This document shows, piece after piece, positions 48,680 through 57,851 of a stretch of DNA of 64,000 bases. Both the position numbers and the translations under genes were made by a program. This stretch comes from Truepera sp. GTDB lineage: Bacteria; Deinococcota; Deinococci; Deinococcales; Trueperaceae. Under the pieces are notes generated by a model, which was not told where the DNA came from, did no database searches, and was given only the letters and a program-made list of their open reading frames with translations. Numbering within the stretch: position 1 is the first letter of the stretch; every line of letters begins with the position of its first letter. The DNA lies in NCBI GenBank assembly GCA_965218435.1, contig CBDCKW010000009.1, positions 1,024,001 through 1,088,000 of the forward strand, given 5' to 3'.

Positions 48680-49288
48680 ATGGCTAAGCTCCTCCCCGAG
48701 TTTTTTCGCCGTGACGATGAGCAGCCTGATGAACGCTTTTACGCCGCGCCGCGTTTTACGACCCACCTAGGACCCGCCGCCTCGAGCGCCGCTTTAGAGC
48801 GTTACCGCGACCTTTTACCGGCAGGCGGCTATGTCCTTGACTTGATGGCTGGTTATGTGTCTCACCTGCCGCCTGTATTCGGGCGCGTCACCGGGTTGGG
48901 CCTTAACCGCGACGAGCTGACGCACAACCCTTCCCTCGACGATTATCTCGTTTTAGACCTCAACCAAATGAGCTTTTTACCCTTTGCTGACGCAACCTTT
49001 GACGGCGTGGTTTGTACCGAAGGCGTCGCGTACCTGACGCAACCCTTGGTGACCTTTGCCGAAGTCGCCCGTAGTCTGGCAAGCGGCGCACCTTCTATCG
49101 TAACCTTTTCCAACCGGATGTTCGAGTCTAAAGCGGTGCTGGCGTGGCGTTCCGCCGATGACGCGGCCCGGGTGCGGCTGGTGCGTTCTTACTTTGAGGC
49201 GACGCCGATGTTTGGCGGCACCCACAGTATGCATTTTGAACCCGCAGACGGCGACCCGCTTTACGCAATCTGGGCGTTTAAGCAGTAA
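48680..49288 (+). CDS. Class I SAM-dependent methyltransferase-like protein
   Basis: R.DE.PD..FY..PRF..H, VLDLM, GLGLN..EL..N, FSNRMF. Confidence 0.85.
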   Translation: MAKLLPEFFRRDDEQPDERFYAAPRFTTHLGPAASSAALERYRDLLPAGGYVLDLMAGYVSHLPPVFGRVTGLGLNRDELTHNPSLDDYLVLDLNQMSFLPFADATFDGVVCTEGVAYLTQPLVTFAEVARSLASGAPSIVTFSNRMFESKAVLAWRSADDAARVRLVRSYFEATPMFGGTHSMHFEPADGDPLYAIWAFKQ

Positions 49289-49496
49289 CGTCTTTTCAGC
49301 AAATATCATCTAGTCAGCAACGCTCTCCGTCTAAGTTTTGCTGACCAGCACGCAGGTAAGGTAATGCTTGGCGCAATTCATTAAGGAAGTGCTACAAGAC
49401 TATAGTGTTGCTGCGCGTAAGCTCCGCAAGTTTTTACGGTATATCCGTAACGGAACTTTATTCGGGAGTGTTTATGCTGGCGACTGGACTCCTTTG

Positions 49497-49612
49497 TAGA
49501 AGCTGTCTCAAACACTTTTTAGGTTGAGGCCCAAAAGGGTTTGACCGAGCTAGGCGAGGTAGATAGGACGCTCCAAGTCTGGGCTAGGAAATCATTTTTT
49601 AGATAGTTTCTA
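49497..49612 (+). mobile_element. MITE-like element, copy A
   Basis: Ends TAGAAGCTGTCTCAAA / TTTTAGATAGTTTCTA (imperfect IR); homologous to the reverse complement of 50867-50997. Confidence 0.65.
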
Positions 49613-49690
49613 GCCAAGATACTCTGCTTAATCAGGACCGTTACTACCTTTTATAACCCTGCTAAACTCAGCCTGACTTAAACTAATCGA

Positions 49691-50869
49691 GTGCGTATCA
49701 CCCTGCTTTCTAATGGTCACGGTGAAGATACGGTAGGGGCGCTACTTGCTGAACAGTTGTGGGCGCTCGAGCCCACCCTGACCCTCCGCGCGTTTCCCAC
49801 AGTCGGCTTGGGCCGTGCGTATGAACGCGCCCAGGTTCCGCTGTTAGGGCCGCGCCGTGAACTGCCGAGCGGCGGCCTGCTGCTGCACAGTTTGGACGCC
49901 TTCTGGCAAGACCTGCGGGCCGGGTTTCTGACCCTGACGCGCCGTCAACTTGGTGCGCTCAGCCGCCTCGAGACTGACGCGCTTATCGTTGTCGGTGACG
50001 TTTACGCGCTGCTCCTCGGCAACCTGGTTAAGACCAAATACCGTTTTTACGTGCAAACGCTCATCTCGAGCTACCACAGCACTGCTGACTACCAAACTGA
50101 CGATGAAGCTGACCACAAAGCTGACGGCACAGCTAAGCGCACGTTCAACCATCCTAACCGCTACTTTATGGAGCATTTCAGCCCTTTAGAGCGGCAGCTA
50201 ATACGCCGGAACACGCATACCTATGTTCGTGACGCCCCTACCGCGTCCTTACTGGCGCGTTCAGGACTGGCGGTCAGCGCACTCGGTAACCCCATGCTTG
50301 ACGCGCTGGAGCCGGGCGCACCGCTGCCGCTCCCGCTCATAACGCCGGTCGTTGCACTTTTACCGGGGACGCGGCGTTACAAAACCGCTGCGCTAAACAT
50401 GATGCTCGGTGCGCTCGCCGTCATGCCGGAGGCGGCCGGACTCGTTGCCTGGACCGACCCTGTGCCACCCGACAGCTCGTGGCAAGTGGTTACCGACGGT
50501 ATCTGGCGGCGTGGCGAACGCGTCTGGCTGCTCAACCACAGATTTTCGGACGTTCTAAACGCAGCCGACCTCGTTTTAAGCACGGCGGGTACGGCCAGTG
50601 AGCAGGCCGCGTCACTGGGCAAGCCGATTGTCGCCTTTGCGGTGCCGCCGCTTTATACGGGGGCGTTTTTGGCCAATCAGCAGCGGCTCTTAGGGGCGGC
50701 GCTCACACGTTGCCGCGCGGAGCCGCGTGCGCTGGCCCTCGAGCTGCAGACACTCTGGCACGACCAGGCGCGTTATCAAGCCGCAGCCGCAGCGGGGCGT
50801 ACCCGGATGGGCGGGCGAGGCGGCGCTGCCGCGATCGCCACGGACATCTTAGCGCACTCACTAACTTAA
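49691..50869 (+). CDS. Lipid-A-disaccharide synthase-related GT-B protein
   Basis: LSNGHGED, LPSGG, VVGD, GNPMLD, LLPGTR, AGTASEQA..LGKP, RMG. Confidence 0.85.
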   Translation: MRITLLSNGHGEDTVGALLAEQLWALEPTLTLRAFPTVGLGRAYERAQVPLLGPRRELPSGGLLLHSLDAFWQDLRAGFLTLTRRQLGALSRLETDALIVVGDVYALLLGNLVKTKYRFYVQTLISSYHSTADYQTDDEADHKADGTAKRTFNHPNRYFMEHFSPLERQLIRRNTHTYVRDAPTASLLARSGLAVSALGNPMLDALEPGAPLPLPLITPVVALLPGTRRYKTAALNMMLGALAVMPEAAGLVAWTDPVPPDSSWQVVTDGIWRRGERVWLLNHRFSDVLNAADLVLSTAGTASEQAASLGKPIVAFAVPPLYTGAFLANQQRLLGAALTRCRAEPRALALELQTLWHDQARYQAAAAAGRTRMGGRGGAAAIATDILAHSLT

Positions 50870-50997
50870 AACCCATCTCAAAAATGGCTTTTTAGACCGA
50901 GAGCGCCGTATCTTACTCATATCTACCTCTCTACCTCGCCTAGTTCAGTCGACCCCTTTTTGGGTTGAGGCCAAAAGGGTTTCTGAGATGGCTTCTA
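50867..50997 (-). mobile_element. MITE-like element, copy B
   Basis: Ends TAAAACCCATCTCA / TGAGATGGCTTCTA; shares CTAGGCGAGGTAGA and the CCCTTTT..AAAAGGG hairpin with copy A; starts in the TAA stop of the upstream gene. Confidence 0.7.
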
Positions 50998-51240
50998 GCT
51001 AGGCTGTACCAGGTTTTGTTTTCGCCGTTGTGTTCCGAGTGCGTGAGCAACGCCGTTCTTTCTATCGAGCCAGCGATTGCCGATTTGTCCTTAGTGCTCC
51101 CTTATAGGACGCTATAAACGCCCCTAACAGGTTTTGGAAGGTTGGTAGAGCACGGATTTTGATTTCGGGTATACCGTCTACCAACATCTGTGCCCACTGA
51201 GTATTAGAGCAGAGAATAACTGTGTCCCGGAAAACTATCG

Positions 51241-51282
51241 TAAGATTTTATTAAGATTCCATTAAGCTTCGTGCGGCATACT
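51241..51282 (+). promoter_or_regulatory. Three 11-bp-spaced direct repeats plus -10 box; candidate OmpR-family binding site
   Basis: TAAGATT (51241), TAAGATT (51252), TAAGCTT (51263), then CATACT (51277-51282). Confidence 0.65.
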
Positions 51283-51370
51283 CATCTAAGCTTGGGCAGC
51301 GAGGGCGGCGAGGGCATAACTACCGCCGAAAAAACCGAACGAGGTTTTGGGCTACTAGTGAAAGGTTGAC

Positions 51371-52888
51371 GTGAACAGAGTTTTAGCTGCGTTTGTTGCC
51401 GTTTTAGTCGGCGCTACCCCATTCTCTTTGGCGGCAGGACTTGCCGACCAAACTCAAGTGATGATTACCGACACGAATCAGAGTGCGTTGTTGGGCTGGG
51501 GTACGGTGACAAACGGTGAGATGACCCTCGAGTTTTCGGGTGCCGCCCCCGGTACGAAAATCGACTTTGTTTTCGCCCCGCCTCAGGGTGAGGGTGAGCT
51601 CATCCCACTTTCAGGAACGGTACAAGACGACGGTACGATCAAAGTTGACGACGGTGGCCGCAAAGTTGCGCTGGCGACTTGGCTGGCGTCTAGAAACGTT
51701 GTGTTATCTCAAACGCTGGCCGACAAGCTGCAACCTGGAGTCAACGATGACAATAAGCTCGAGCGGGTCCCAGAGGCTGAAGCGCCGCTCGTTACCCCGT
51801 CAACGCCCGATATCGGCGGCGAGTCGGGGGTAGAGAGTGCGCTGCCGCGAACTGCGCCGCCTACGCAATCTCAAACTCAACCTGAAGCCAACCAGGGTGC
51901 TAATCCTTCTACCTCGCCCAACGCCGCCTTACCGCCCGCAGGGGAAGGAGCGCCCCCTACCCCCGGAACTCCGGTACCTGAGAGTGCCGCCGGAACGGAG
52001 CCGACCTTAAATAGCGGTAACGCTGCTGACGGTTCCGCCGAAGATTCAGCGGGACAGAGTACCTCACCGGACACAACGAACCCTGACACGGGTCCCGGTA
52101 CCGCAGACCCTAACACCACAGACCCTAACACCACAGACCCTAACACCACAGACCCTAACACCACAGACCCTAACACCACAGACCCTAGCACCACAGACCC
52201 TAGCACCACAGACCCTAGCACCACAGACCCCGGCACCGGTAGCGGCGCAGACGATAGTACGGATAATGGTATCAACCCTGACGCGCCGCCTGCGGAACCG
52301 GATGAGAGCACCCAACCAGCGCCTCAAGACGGTTCTCAAAATGGCGGTGCGGCCGACAGTAGTGACAGCGGCGACAACAGTGGTGGTGACAACAGTAGCG
52401 GTAGCGGTGAAAACGCGGGCGAAACGCCGCCGACCGTGCCTGATGAGGGCAGCGCAGCTGATGATCCCGGTGCTAACGATCCCGGCGGTACCGTCCCCCC
52501 CAGTGCTGATGAGCCTAGTACCGGTGAGCCCAGTGCAAGCGAGCCCAGTACCGGAGAGCCAAATACTGAACCTGAAGTAGGACCTGCTGATCCCGGTTCA
52601 CCCCCTAGTGAACCGGATACGCCGGACAACAGTAATGATGGTGAAGTGTCTCCCCCGGACAATAGTGCTGCGGGAGACACAGGTTTAGCTGAGCCGGCAG
52701 CGCCTGAACCGGCAGCGCCCGAACCCACAGCGCCCACGACGCCCCCTACTGACGAGGGTGACAGCGGGGTTTCTGCAGGTGCGGGTAGCGCGACCGGTGA
52801 GGCGGACGGTTCTCAAACCGGGAATGACGGGACAGCTGATGCGGGTGCGACCGGTGAAGAAACGCCGCCTGCGCCTAACGGTCCTTGA
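51371..52888 (+). CDS. Secreted protein with small N-terminal beta domain and long acidic Pro/Thr/Ser-rich tail
   Basis: Signal peptide ending SLA-A; about 90 aa globular-looking region; remaining ~380 aa low-complexity and almost free of basic and aromatic residues. Confidence 0.85.
   Translation: MNRVLAAFVAVLVGATPFSLAAGLADQTQVMITDTNQSALLGWGTVTNGEMTLEFSGAAPGTKIDFVFAPPQGEGELIPLSGTVQDDGTIKVDDGGRKVALATWLASRNVVLSQTLADKLQPGVNDDNKLERVPEAEAPLVTPSTPDIGGESGVESALPRTAPPTQSQTQPEANQGANPSTSPNAALPPAGEGAPPTPGTPVPESAAGTEPTLNSGNAADGSAEDSAGQSTSPDTTNPDTGPGTADPNTTDPNTTDPNTTDPNTTDPNTTDPSTTDPSTTDPSTTDPGTGSGADDSTDNGINPDAPPAEPDESTQPAPQDGSQNGGAADSSDSGDNSGGDNSSGSGENAGETPPTVPDEGSAADDPGANDPGGTVPPSADEPSTGEPSASEPSTGEPNTEPEVGPADPGSPPSEPDTPDNSNDGEVSPPDNSAAGDTGLAEPAAPEPAAPEPTAPTTPPTDEGDSGVSAGAGSATGEADGSQTGNDGTADAGATGEETPPAPNGP
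52106..52225 (+). repeat. 15-bp VNTR, 8 units (DPNTT x5, DPSTT x3)
   Basis: GACCCTAACACCACA x5 then GACCCTAGCACCACA x3. Confidence 0.97.
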
Positions 52889-52895
52889 GGAAACG

Positions 52896-53450
52896 ATGGG
52901 AGTCGAAAAGGTCAAGTTGGTTGCTCGAGCAGGTTTTGGTATCTGTCTCGTTTATCTGCTTTGCAGCTGCGGAACCGGAAGGTTGACGCCGCCCTTTTAC
53001 GCGCTGGCCGCGTCACCACCGGTCAAGGTCGCCGGGTTCAAGAGTGCCGGACTCAAGACCTCCGGGTCAACTGAAGAGCCGAGTGTGGCTTCGGCCGAGC
53101 GCGTTGACGAGCAGCGTCTGGTGACCTTTTTCTTTTCAGAGCGTGCTTGGGGCAGCCTTCCTTTTAGTGATGCGGAAAAACAACGTGTCATGGTCGAGGC
53201 GATGGTCACCGGCAAACCGGCGCATATCGAGGCTGAAGTCACCTACCTGCTAAGTGCGCCCGAGGCCCGGGTCCGGCGTTTCGTCGCCCTTTTTGAGGTG
53301 GACGGGAGCGTACGGCCACCGGTGCTGCATTCGGGTTACGAACTCGAGCTACTTGTTCCCCACAGTCGTAAAGCCCTAAGCGTCGAACTCGAGAACGGTG
53401 AAACCGGGATTGTCAACCGGGTCGAGGTCGAACCCGAGGGCTCGTTATGA
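52896..53450 (+). CDS. Hypothetical lipoprotein
   Basis: GAGGAA SD, ATG 52896, hydrophobic stretch ending LCSC lipobox. Confidence 0.7.
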   Translation: MGVEKVKLVARAGFGICLVYLLCSCGTGRLTPPFYALAASPPVKVAGFKSAGLKTSGSTEEPSVASAERVDEQRLVTFFFSERAWGSLPFSDAEKQRVMVEAMVTGKPAHIEAEVTYLLSAPEARVRRFVALFEVDGSVRPPVLHSGYELELLVPHSRKALSVELENGETGIVNRVEVEPEGSL

Positions 53451-53468
53451 AGAGCGCCGTGAGGTCTG

Positions 53469-54131
53469 ATGAATAAAATTTTAGTTGTCGAAGACGATCT
53501 GCGTTTAGCTACGCTGCTTAAGCAGGAGTTGTCCCAGGAAGGGTACGCGGTCAAAGCGGTGCATAACGGCACCGACGCGCTGCTCCGCGCCGACGAAGAG
53601 GTGTTCGACCTGGTGATTTTAGACCTCAACTTACCCGATATGGACGGGCTTGAGGTTGCCACGCGGCTCCGGCACGACTCGGACGTAAGTATCTTGATGC
53701 TGACCGCGCGCGGCGACGTGAGCAGCCGGGTTGAGGGTCTTTACGCCGGGGCGAGCGACTACCTGACCAAACCCTTTAGCGTCCAGGAATTGCGGGCGCG
53801 GGTCCACGTGCGGCTACGTGACAAAGGCCAACCGGCGGAGGTCTTGGCGTACGGGGAGCTGGTCTTAGAGCCCGCCGCCGGTCACTGTACGGTCGCGGGG
53901 GCCGACTTGTCCTTGACCTCGCTCGAGTTTCGGTTGCTCGAGCTGTTTTTAACGCATAAAGGCCGGATATTTTCCAAAGAAGACTTAGAGGACCGGCTTT
54001 ACGGCGCGGCTAAGCTGCCGGGGTCAAATACCGTCGAGGTTTTCGTCTCCAACTTACGGCGCAAACTCGCCGCTGCCGGGGTTGACAAGATGATTCAAAC
54101 CGTTCGCGGGATGGGCTACGTCGTGCGCTGA
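53469..54131 (+). CDS. OmpR/PhoB family response regulator
   Basis: VEDD, LDLNLP, LTA, DYLTKPF, winged helix NTVEVFVSNLRRK..TVRGMGY. Confidence 0.96.
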   Translation: MNKILVVEDDLRLATLLKQELSQEGYAVKAVHNGTDALLRADEEVFDLVILDLNLPDMDGLEVATRLRHDSDVSILMLTARGDVSSRVEGLYAGASDYLTKPFSVQELRARVHVRLRDKGQPAEVLAYGELVLEPAAGHCTVAGADLSLTSLEFRLLELFLTHKGRIFSKEDLEDRLYGAAKLPGSNTVEVFVSNLRRKLAAAGVDKMIQTVRGMGYVVR

Positions 54132-54324
54132 GAGATGAAAAGCAAGCAGTAAGCGGTAGGGTTCGTTAAAGGGCACAAAAGAAAAGAGGGTCTTGCACGA
54201 GGCTAAAACGTTATCAAGTGAGCCTGTCTCCGGCGAGCACAAGTGGCGCTGCACCGGGCTGCTTACCTGCCGGACTGACTCTGACGCTCATCTGTGCGGT
54301 AAAGATAATCGGTAGATTGACGTT

Positions 54325-55656
54325 ATGACGCTGCGCGCCCGCCTCGGTTTACTCGTGACGGCTGCACTGCTCGCGGGCCTGGTGCTGTTCGGGACGCTCG
54401 CCTACGCTTCTTTTGGGCGGCAGCAGCGGGTCCAGCTTAATGAGCTGCTACTCCGTGACCTCGCGCGGGTGCAGACGCTCGTGCAGGCAGGACCGCAGGC
54501 GATCGGCGCACAGTTTACCTCCAAGAGCGGCGACTTTATGTTACAGTTCGTCTCTACAGCGGACGTCGTTGCGATTCCGCTGGGGGCACAGGCGCTGCCG
54601 GAGAGTACTCGTCCACAACTTACGGAACGTAACGGGCGGACCCTGCTCTATGCCTCGAAACCCTGGTTCGTAACGCAAGCAGACGGGGAAGTCAACGAAC
54701 TGGGGACGCTGCGTCTTGCGCTCGACGTCACCGCCGATCTAAGACAGCGGCAGGCTCTCCTCCGCAGCCTGCTGGTCAGTGGCGGCATTATTGCTCTCGC
54801 GGTCAGCGTCATTAACTTGGTCTTGTTGCAACGCTCGCTCGCGCCGCTCGGCCGTCTGGCGGCGCAGGCGCGGCAGGTCAACCCGGCGTCCCCGGCGACG
54901 ATTCGCTACCAAGGCCCGCACGACGAGGTGGCTTACGTCGCGCAGGCGCTTAACCGGGCGCTCCGGGGCATTCGTAAACGGCAGCAGGCGGAGCGGGCGT
55001 CTTTAGCTGAGATCGCCCATGAACTCGCCGCGCCGCTGACGCTGGTCGCCGGACACTTGGAGTCACTGACCGCGCTGCGTCCGGGGGACGCGCAGCTCGG
55101 CGCGGCGCAGGGAGCGGCCAACGAACTGCTCTACACCTCTAAAGACCTGTTGACGCTGGCACGGGGCGAACTCGAGCGCCCCCTCGACTTAGCCGTCTTA
55201 GACCTTGGTAGCGTTGCTGAACGCATCGCGTACGAGTATCCGGGGGTGCAGTTAGGTACGCTCGAGCACGCCGAAGTTGCGGGCAGCCCCGAACGGCTCT
55301 CACAGCTGACGCGCAATTTAGTTCGTAACGGGGTGCAGGCGGCGGGCGCGGAAAAAGTCTCGCTGGCGGTGACCGCCTCGGGCACGGAGGTAAGTCTGTG
55401 CGTTGAAGACCGGGGGCCGGGAGTCCCGCCGGACGAACTCGGGCACCTTTTTGAACGCTTTTACACCCGCCGTAAACAGGGCGGTACCGGCTTGGGCTTA
55501 AGTGTCGCGCAGCAGATTGCTAAGCAGCACGGCGGCCGAATTTCGGTTGTGTCCGAAGTGGGCCGGGGAACTCGGTTTACGGTGAGTTTGCCGAGCTTAG
55601 GGGCACAACTCGGCGAAGAAGATGAAGTCGCGGGAACCGATGTGACGACGGTTTAG
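54325..55656 (+). CDS. HAMP-domain sensor histidine kinase
   Basis: Two TMs, HAMP, AHELAAPL, NLVRN, EDRGPG, FERFY, GTGLGL. Confidence 0.95.
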   Translation: MTLRARLGLLVTAALLAGLVLFGTLAYASFGRQQRVQLNELLLRDLARVQTLVQAGPQAIGAQFTSKSGDFMLQFVSTADVVAIPLGAQALPESTRPQLTERNGRTLLYASKPWFVTQADGEVNELGTLRLALDVTADLRQRQALLRSLLVSGGIIALAVSVINLVLLQRSLAPLGRLAAQARQVNPASPATIRYQGPHDEVAYVAQALNRALRGIRKRQQAERASLAEIAHELAAPLTLVAGHLESLTALRPGDAQLGAAQGAANELLYTSKDLLTLARGELERPLDLAVLDLGSVAERIAYEYPGVQLGTLEHAEVAGSPERLSQLTRNLVRNGVQAAGAEKVSLAVTASGTEVSLCVEDRGPGVPPDELGHLFERFYTRRKQGGTGLGLSVAQQIAKQHGGRISVVSEVGRGTRFTVSLPSLGAQLGEEDEVAGTDVTTV

Positions 55657-55708
55657 GTTTTGCTGGCTCTATAAACTCAGCTGGGGTGTTTACTGCGGCT
55701 CACAAGTA

Positions 55709-55736
55709 AGAATTGAGAAGACAGAATCTAGAAGGT
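55709..55736 (+). repeat. Degenerate 7-nt tandem repeat (AGAANNN)
   Basis: agaattg agaagac agaatct agaaggt. Confidence 0.65.
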
Positions 55737-55804
55737 GTTAGCTCAAAAAAGAGAATAGCGTTTCTCACGTATTCAAAGATAAAGACGATATAGGTAACGA
55801 CACT

Positions 55805-56821
55805 TCAGATCGGCGCTACTTCAAGGGACGTCCCGATCAGTTCCGAAAGCCGTGACAAACAGCGGTAGTGCTTTTTAGCGTAAGCTGACCCACGGTAGTC
55901 GGCGCTAAAGAGGTTCTCGAGCTCACCGTTTAACTCGTCCGCACCTGAAAGCTGCAAGCCTTTATTCAGTTCGTAAAGTTTATCAACAAAGTGAACAAAC
56001 CGCAGCGCGTCGTTCTGATTGGGTAGCGTCTTTGCGCCTCTGACGTAAAGCGTCCCGAACTGCGCCATCAGCGCGCCGTAACGAACCGGATGAACGTCTG
56101 TCAGTAAGCTGAGCAGCTCGGCCCAGGTGAGCAGTTCTTTAGGTTCCAGCGCCGCTTCGTGGTGATAGCGGGTCTCGAGTTCAGCGTCCGTTAGCAGTGA
56201 GGCCAGCCGGTCGCGGTGGCGGTAGTCGGGACCTTCTAACACCACCACGCTGAACCGCTCGGCCACACTCTGAATCTCGCGCTTAAAATCGTCGGCGTTA
56301 AACCGCCCCTGCCCCTGCGCCTCAGGCGGCGTGTTCGAGGTGGTCATGACCGAGCCGCCCTGAGCGAACACGTGCGCCAAAAAGCTCTTGACGATCAGCG
56401 TGTTACCGGGGTCATCGAGTTCAAACTCGTCAATACAAAAGAGCTGAATGTCCCCGAGTTCTTTTTTGGCCGCTGCGACGCCCTGAGCGCCGACGATGTA
56501 CACGAGGTCTTGAAACGACAGGTAGGCTTTTTTGGGTACGTTACACGCATGAAACGCCGCGGCCAACAGGTGCGTTTTGCCGACGCCGAAACCGCCGTCG
56601 AGGTACAGCCCGCGCCCCGTTGAGATGTCCTTTTTACCCCACGGCCAGCGCCGCGTGCTTTTCGCGGGCTGCGCCGCGTCCTTGACAAAGGCTTGTACCT
56701 TTGCCAGCGCGATCTCCTGAGTAGGGTGTTGTGGCCTAAAACTTGCAAAACTTGTCTCGCTGAAGCGGGGGGGCGGGATAAAAGCGGGGAAAGCTGCTTC
56801 AGAAGGGACGTGTAGCGGCAT
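55805..56821 (-). CDS. zapE: ZapE / AFG1 family ATPase
   Basis: GLYLDGGFGVGKTHL, CIDEFELDDPG, TSN, GPDYR, RFVHFVDKLY, RCLSRL; start set at ATG 56821. Confidence 0.92.
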   Translation of the reverse strand: MPLHVPSEAAFPAFIPPPRFSETSFASFRPQHPTQEIALAKVQAFVKDAAQPAKSTRRWPWGKKDISTGRGLYLDGGFGVGKTHLLAAAFHACNVPKKAYLSFQDLVYIVGAQGVAAAKKELGDIQLFCIDEFELDDPGNTLIVKSFLAHVFAQGGSVMTTSNTPPEAQGQGRFNADDFKREIQSVAERFSVVVLEGPDYRHRDRLASLLTDAELETRYHHEAALEPKELLTWAELLSLLTDVHPVRYGALMAQFGTLYVRGAKTLPNQNDALRFVHFVDKLYELNKGLQLSGADELNGELENLFSADYRGSAYAKKHYRCLSRLSELIGTSLEVAPI

Positions 56822-56991
56822 CGGCCCTAGCTTATCACTCGGCCGCAACGTCTCAAGTTGAGCGTTACCGTCCTCGGTTAAAGGCAACCATCGGTTATTT
56901 ACAGTTTGGGCGACCGGCACGAAGTTTGTGCTTTAGCAGCAAGGGCTAAGGACAACGTTGCAGCTGTGTTTGGGGCGCTGCTAAGTGAGAG

Positions 56992-57672
56992 CTATGTGCT
57001 TTTAGGTACAGGCGCGGTTTCACCGACCGGCGGTGTGACGCCTTCGCTGCTGTGCTGGTAGTTCGATACGAGCGCCGCCACGAGGCCGCCTGCCAACGGC
57101 CCGACGAGGTAAAGCCATAAGTTGCTGTAATTACCTGCGCCCACCAGCGCCGAGTAGACAATAGGGCCGACACCTACCGCTGGATTAAACGCTCCGCCTG
57201 AGATGCTCCCACCGGCAAACGCGCCGACCACTACGGTAAACCCGATAGCTAGGCCGTAAAACGAGTTGCCAGCGGTCGCGACCGTGGTGGCGCTGTTACA
57301 GACAACCAGTGCGAGCGCAAAGGTAAACAAAAACTCGACCAAGAGTGCGCTACCTGTACTTACTCCAACTCCTGGCGCAGGTGCAAAGGCCGCTCCGGTA
57401 ATCGCTGCCACAGCGAAACTGGCGACGAACGCCCCGAGAAGCTGGCTAAGCCAGTAAGCAACCACGTCGCCCCACCCAAGTTTGCCGCGCACTGCGACCG
57501 CTAAGGTAACTGCCGGGTTATAGTGTCCGCCCGAGATATGGCCGCCCATATAGACCATGATCATCAGCGCCGAGCCAATCGCCAGCGGTGCAAACTGACT
57601 TTCGCCCACGACGACCAAACCAATGGTTAAAACTAAAAAAAACGTACCGATAAACTCTGTTAGATATTTCAT
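56992..57672 (-). CDS. MIP family aquaporin
   Basis: EFIGTF, SGGHYNPAV, SGGAFNPA, GPLAGG. Confidence 0.95.
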   Translation of the reverse strand: MKYLTEFIGTFFLVLTIGLVVVGESQFAPLAIGSALMIMVYMGGHISGGHYNPAVTLAVAVRGKLGWGDVVAYWLSQLLGAFVASFAVAAITGAAFAPAPGVGVSTGSALLVEFLFTFALALVVCNSATTVATAGNSFYGLAIGFTVVVGAFAGGSISGGAFNPAVGVGPIVYSALVGAGNYSNLWLYLVGPLAGGLVAALVSNYQHSSEGVTPPVGETAPVPKST

Positions 57673-57851
57673 CTCAGCCCTTCCCGGCTTTTATAGCGTT
57701 TGCTGCGCCTTCTACACTACCGGGTGACGACGTTTGCCCGGTATGAGAAGTTTGACATTCTCAGTGCGGGCTTATAAAGGGGTAAAACGAAAACATTGTG
57801 GGAAGTTGGGCCTCGAGTCCAAACCTTAAAACCGCACAGGTATACTCAGGC

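Noticed and set aside
52106..52225. Repeat array as CRISPR
   Set aside because: Head-to-tail 15-bp units without spacers, in frame in a CDS, and no cas genes
51877..52737. Antisense repeat ORFs (GSVVL and VRVCG repeats)
   Set aside because: Mirror translations of the plus-strand VNTR
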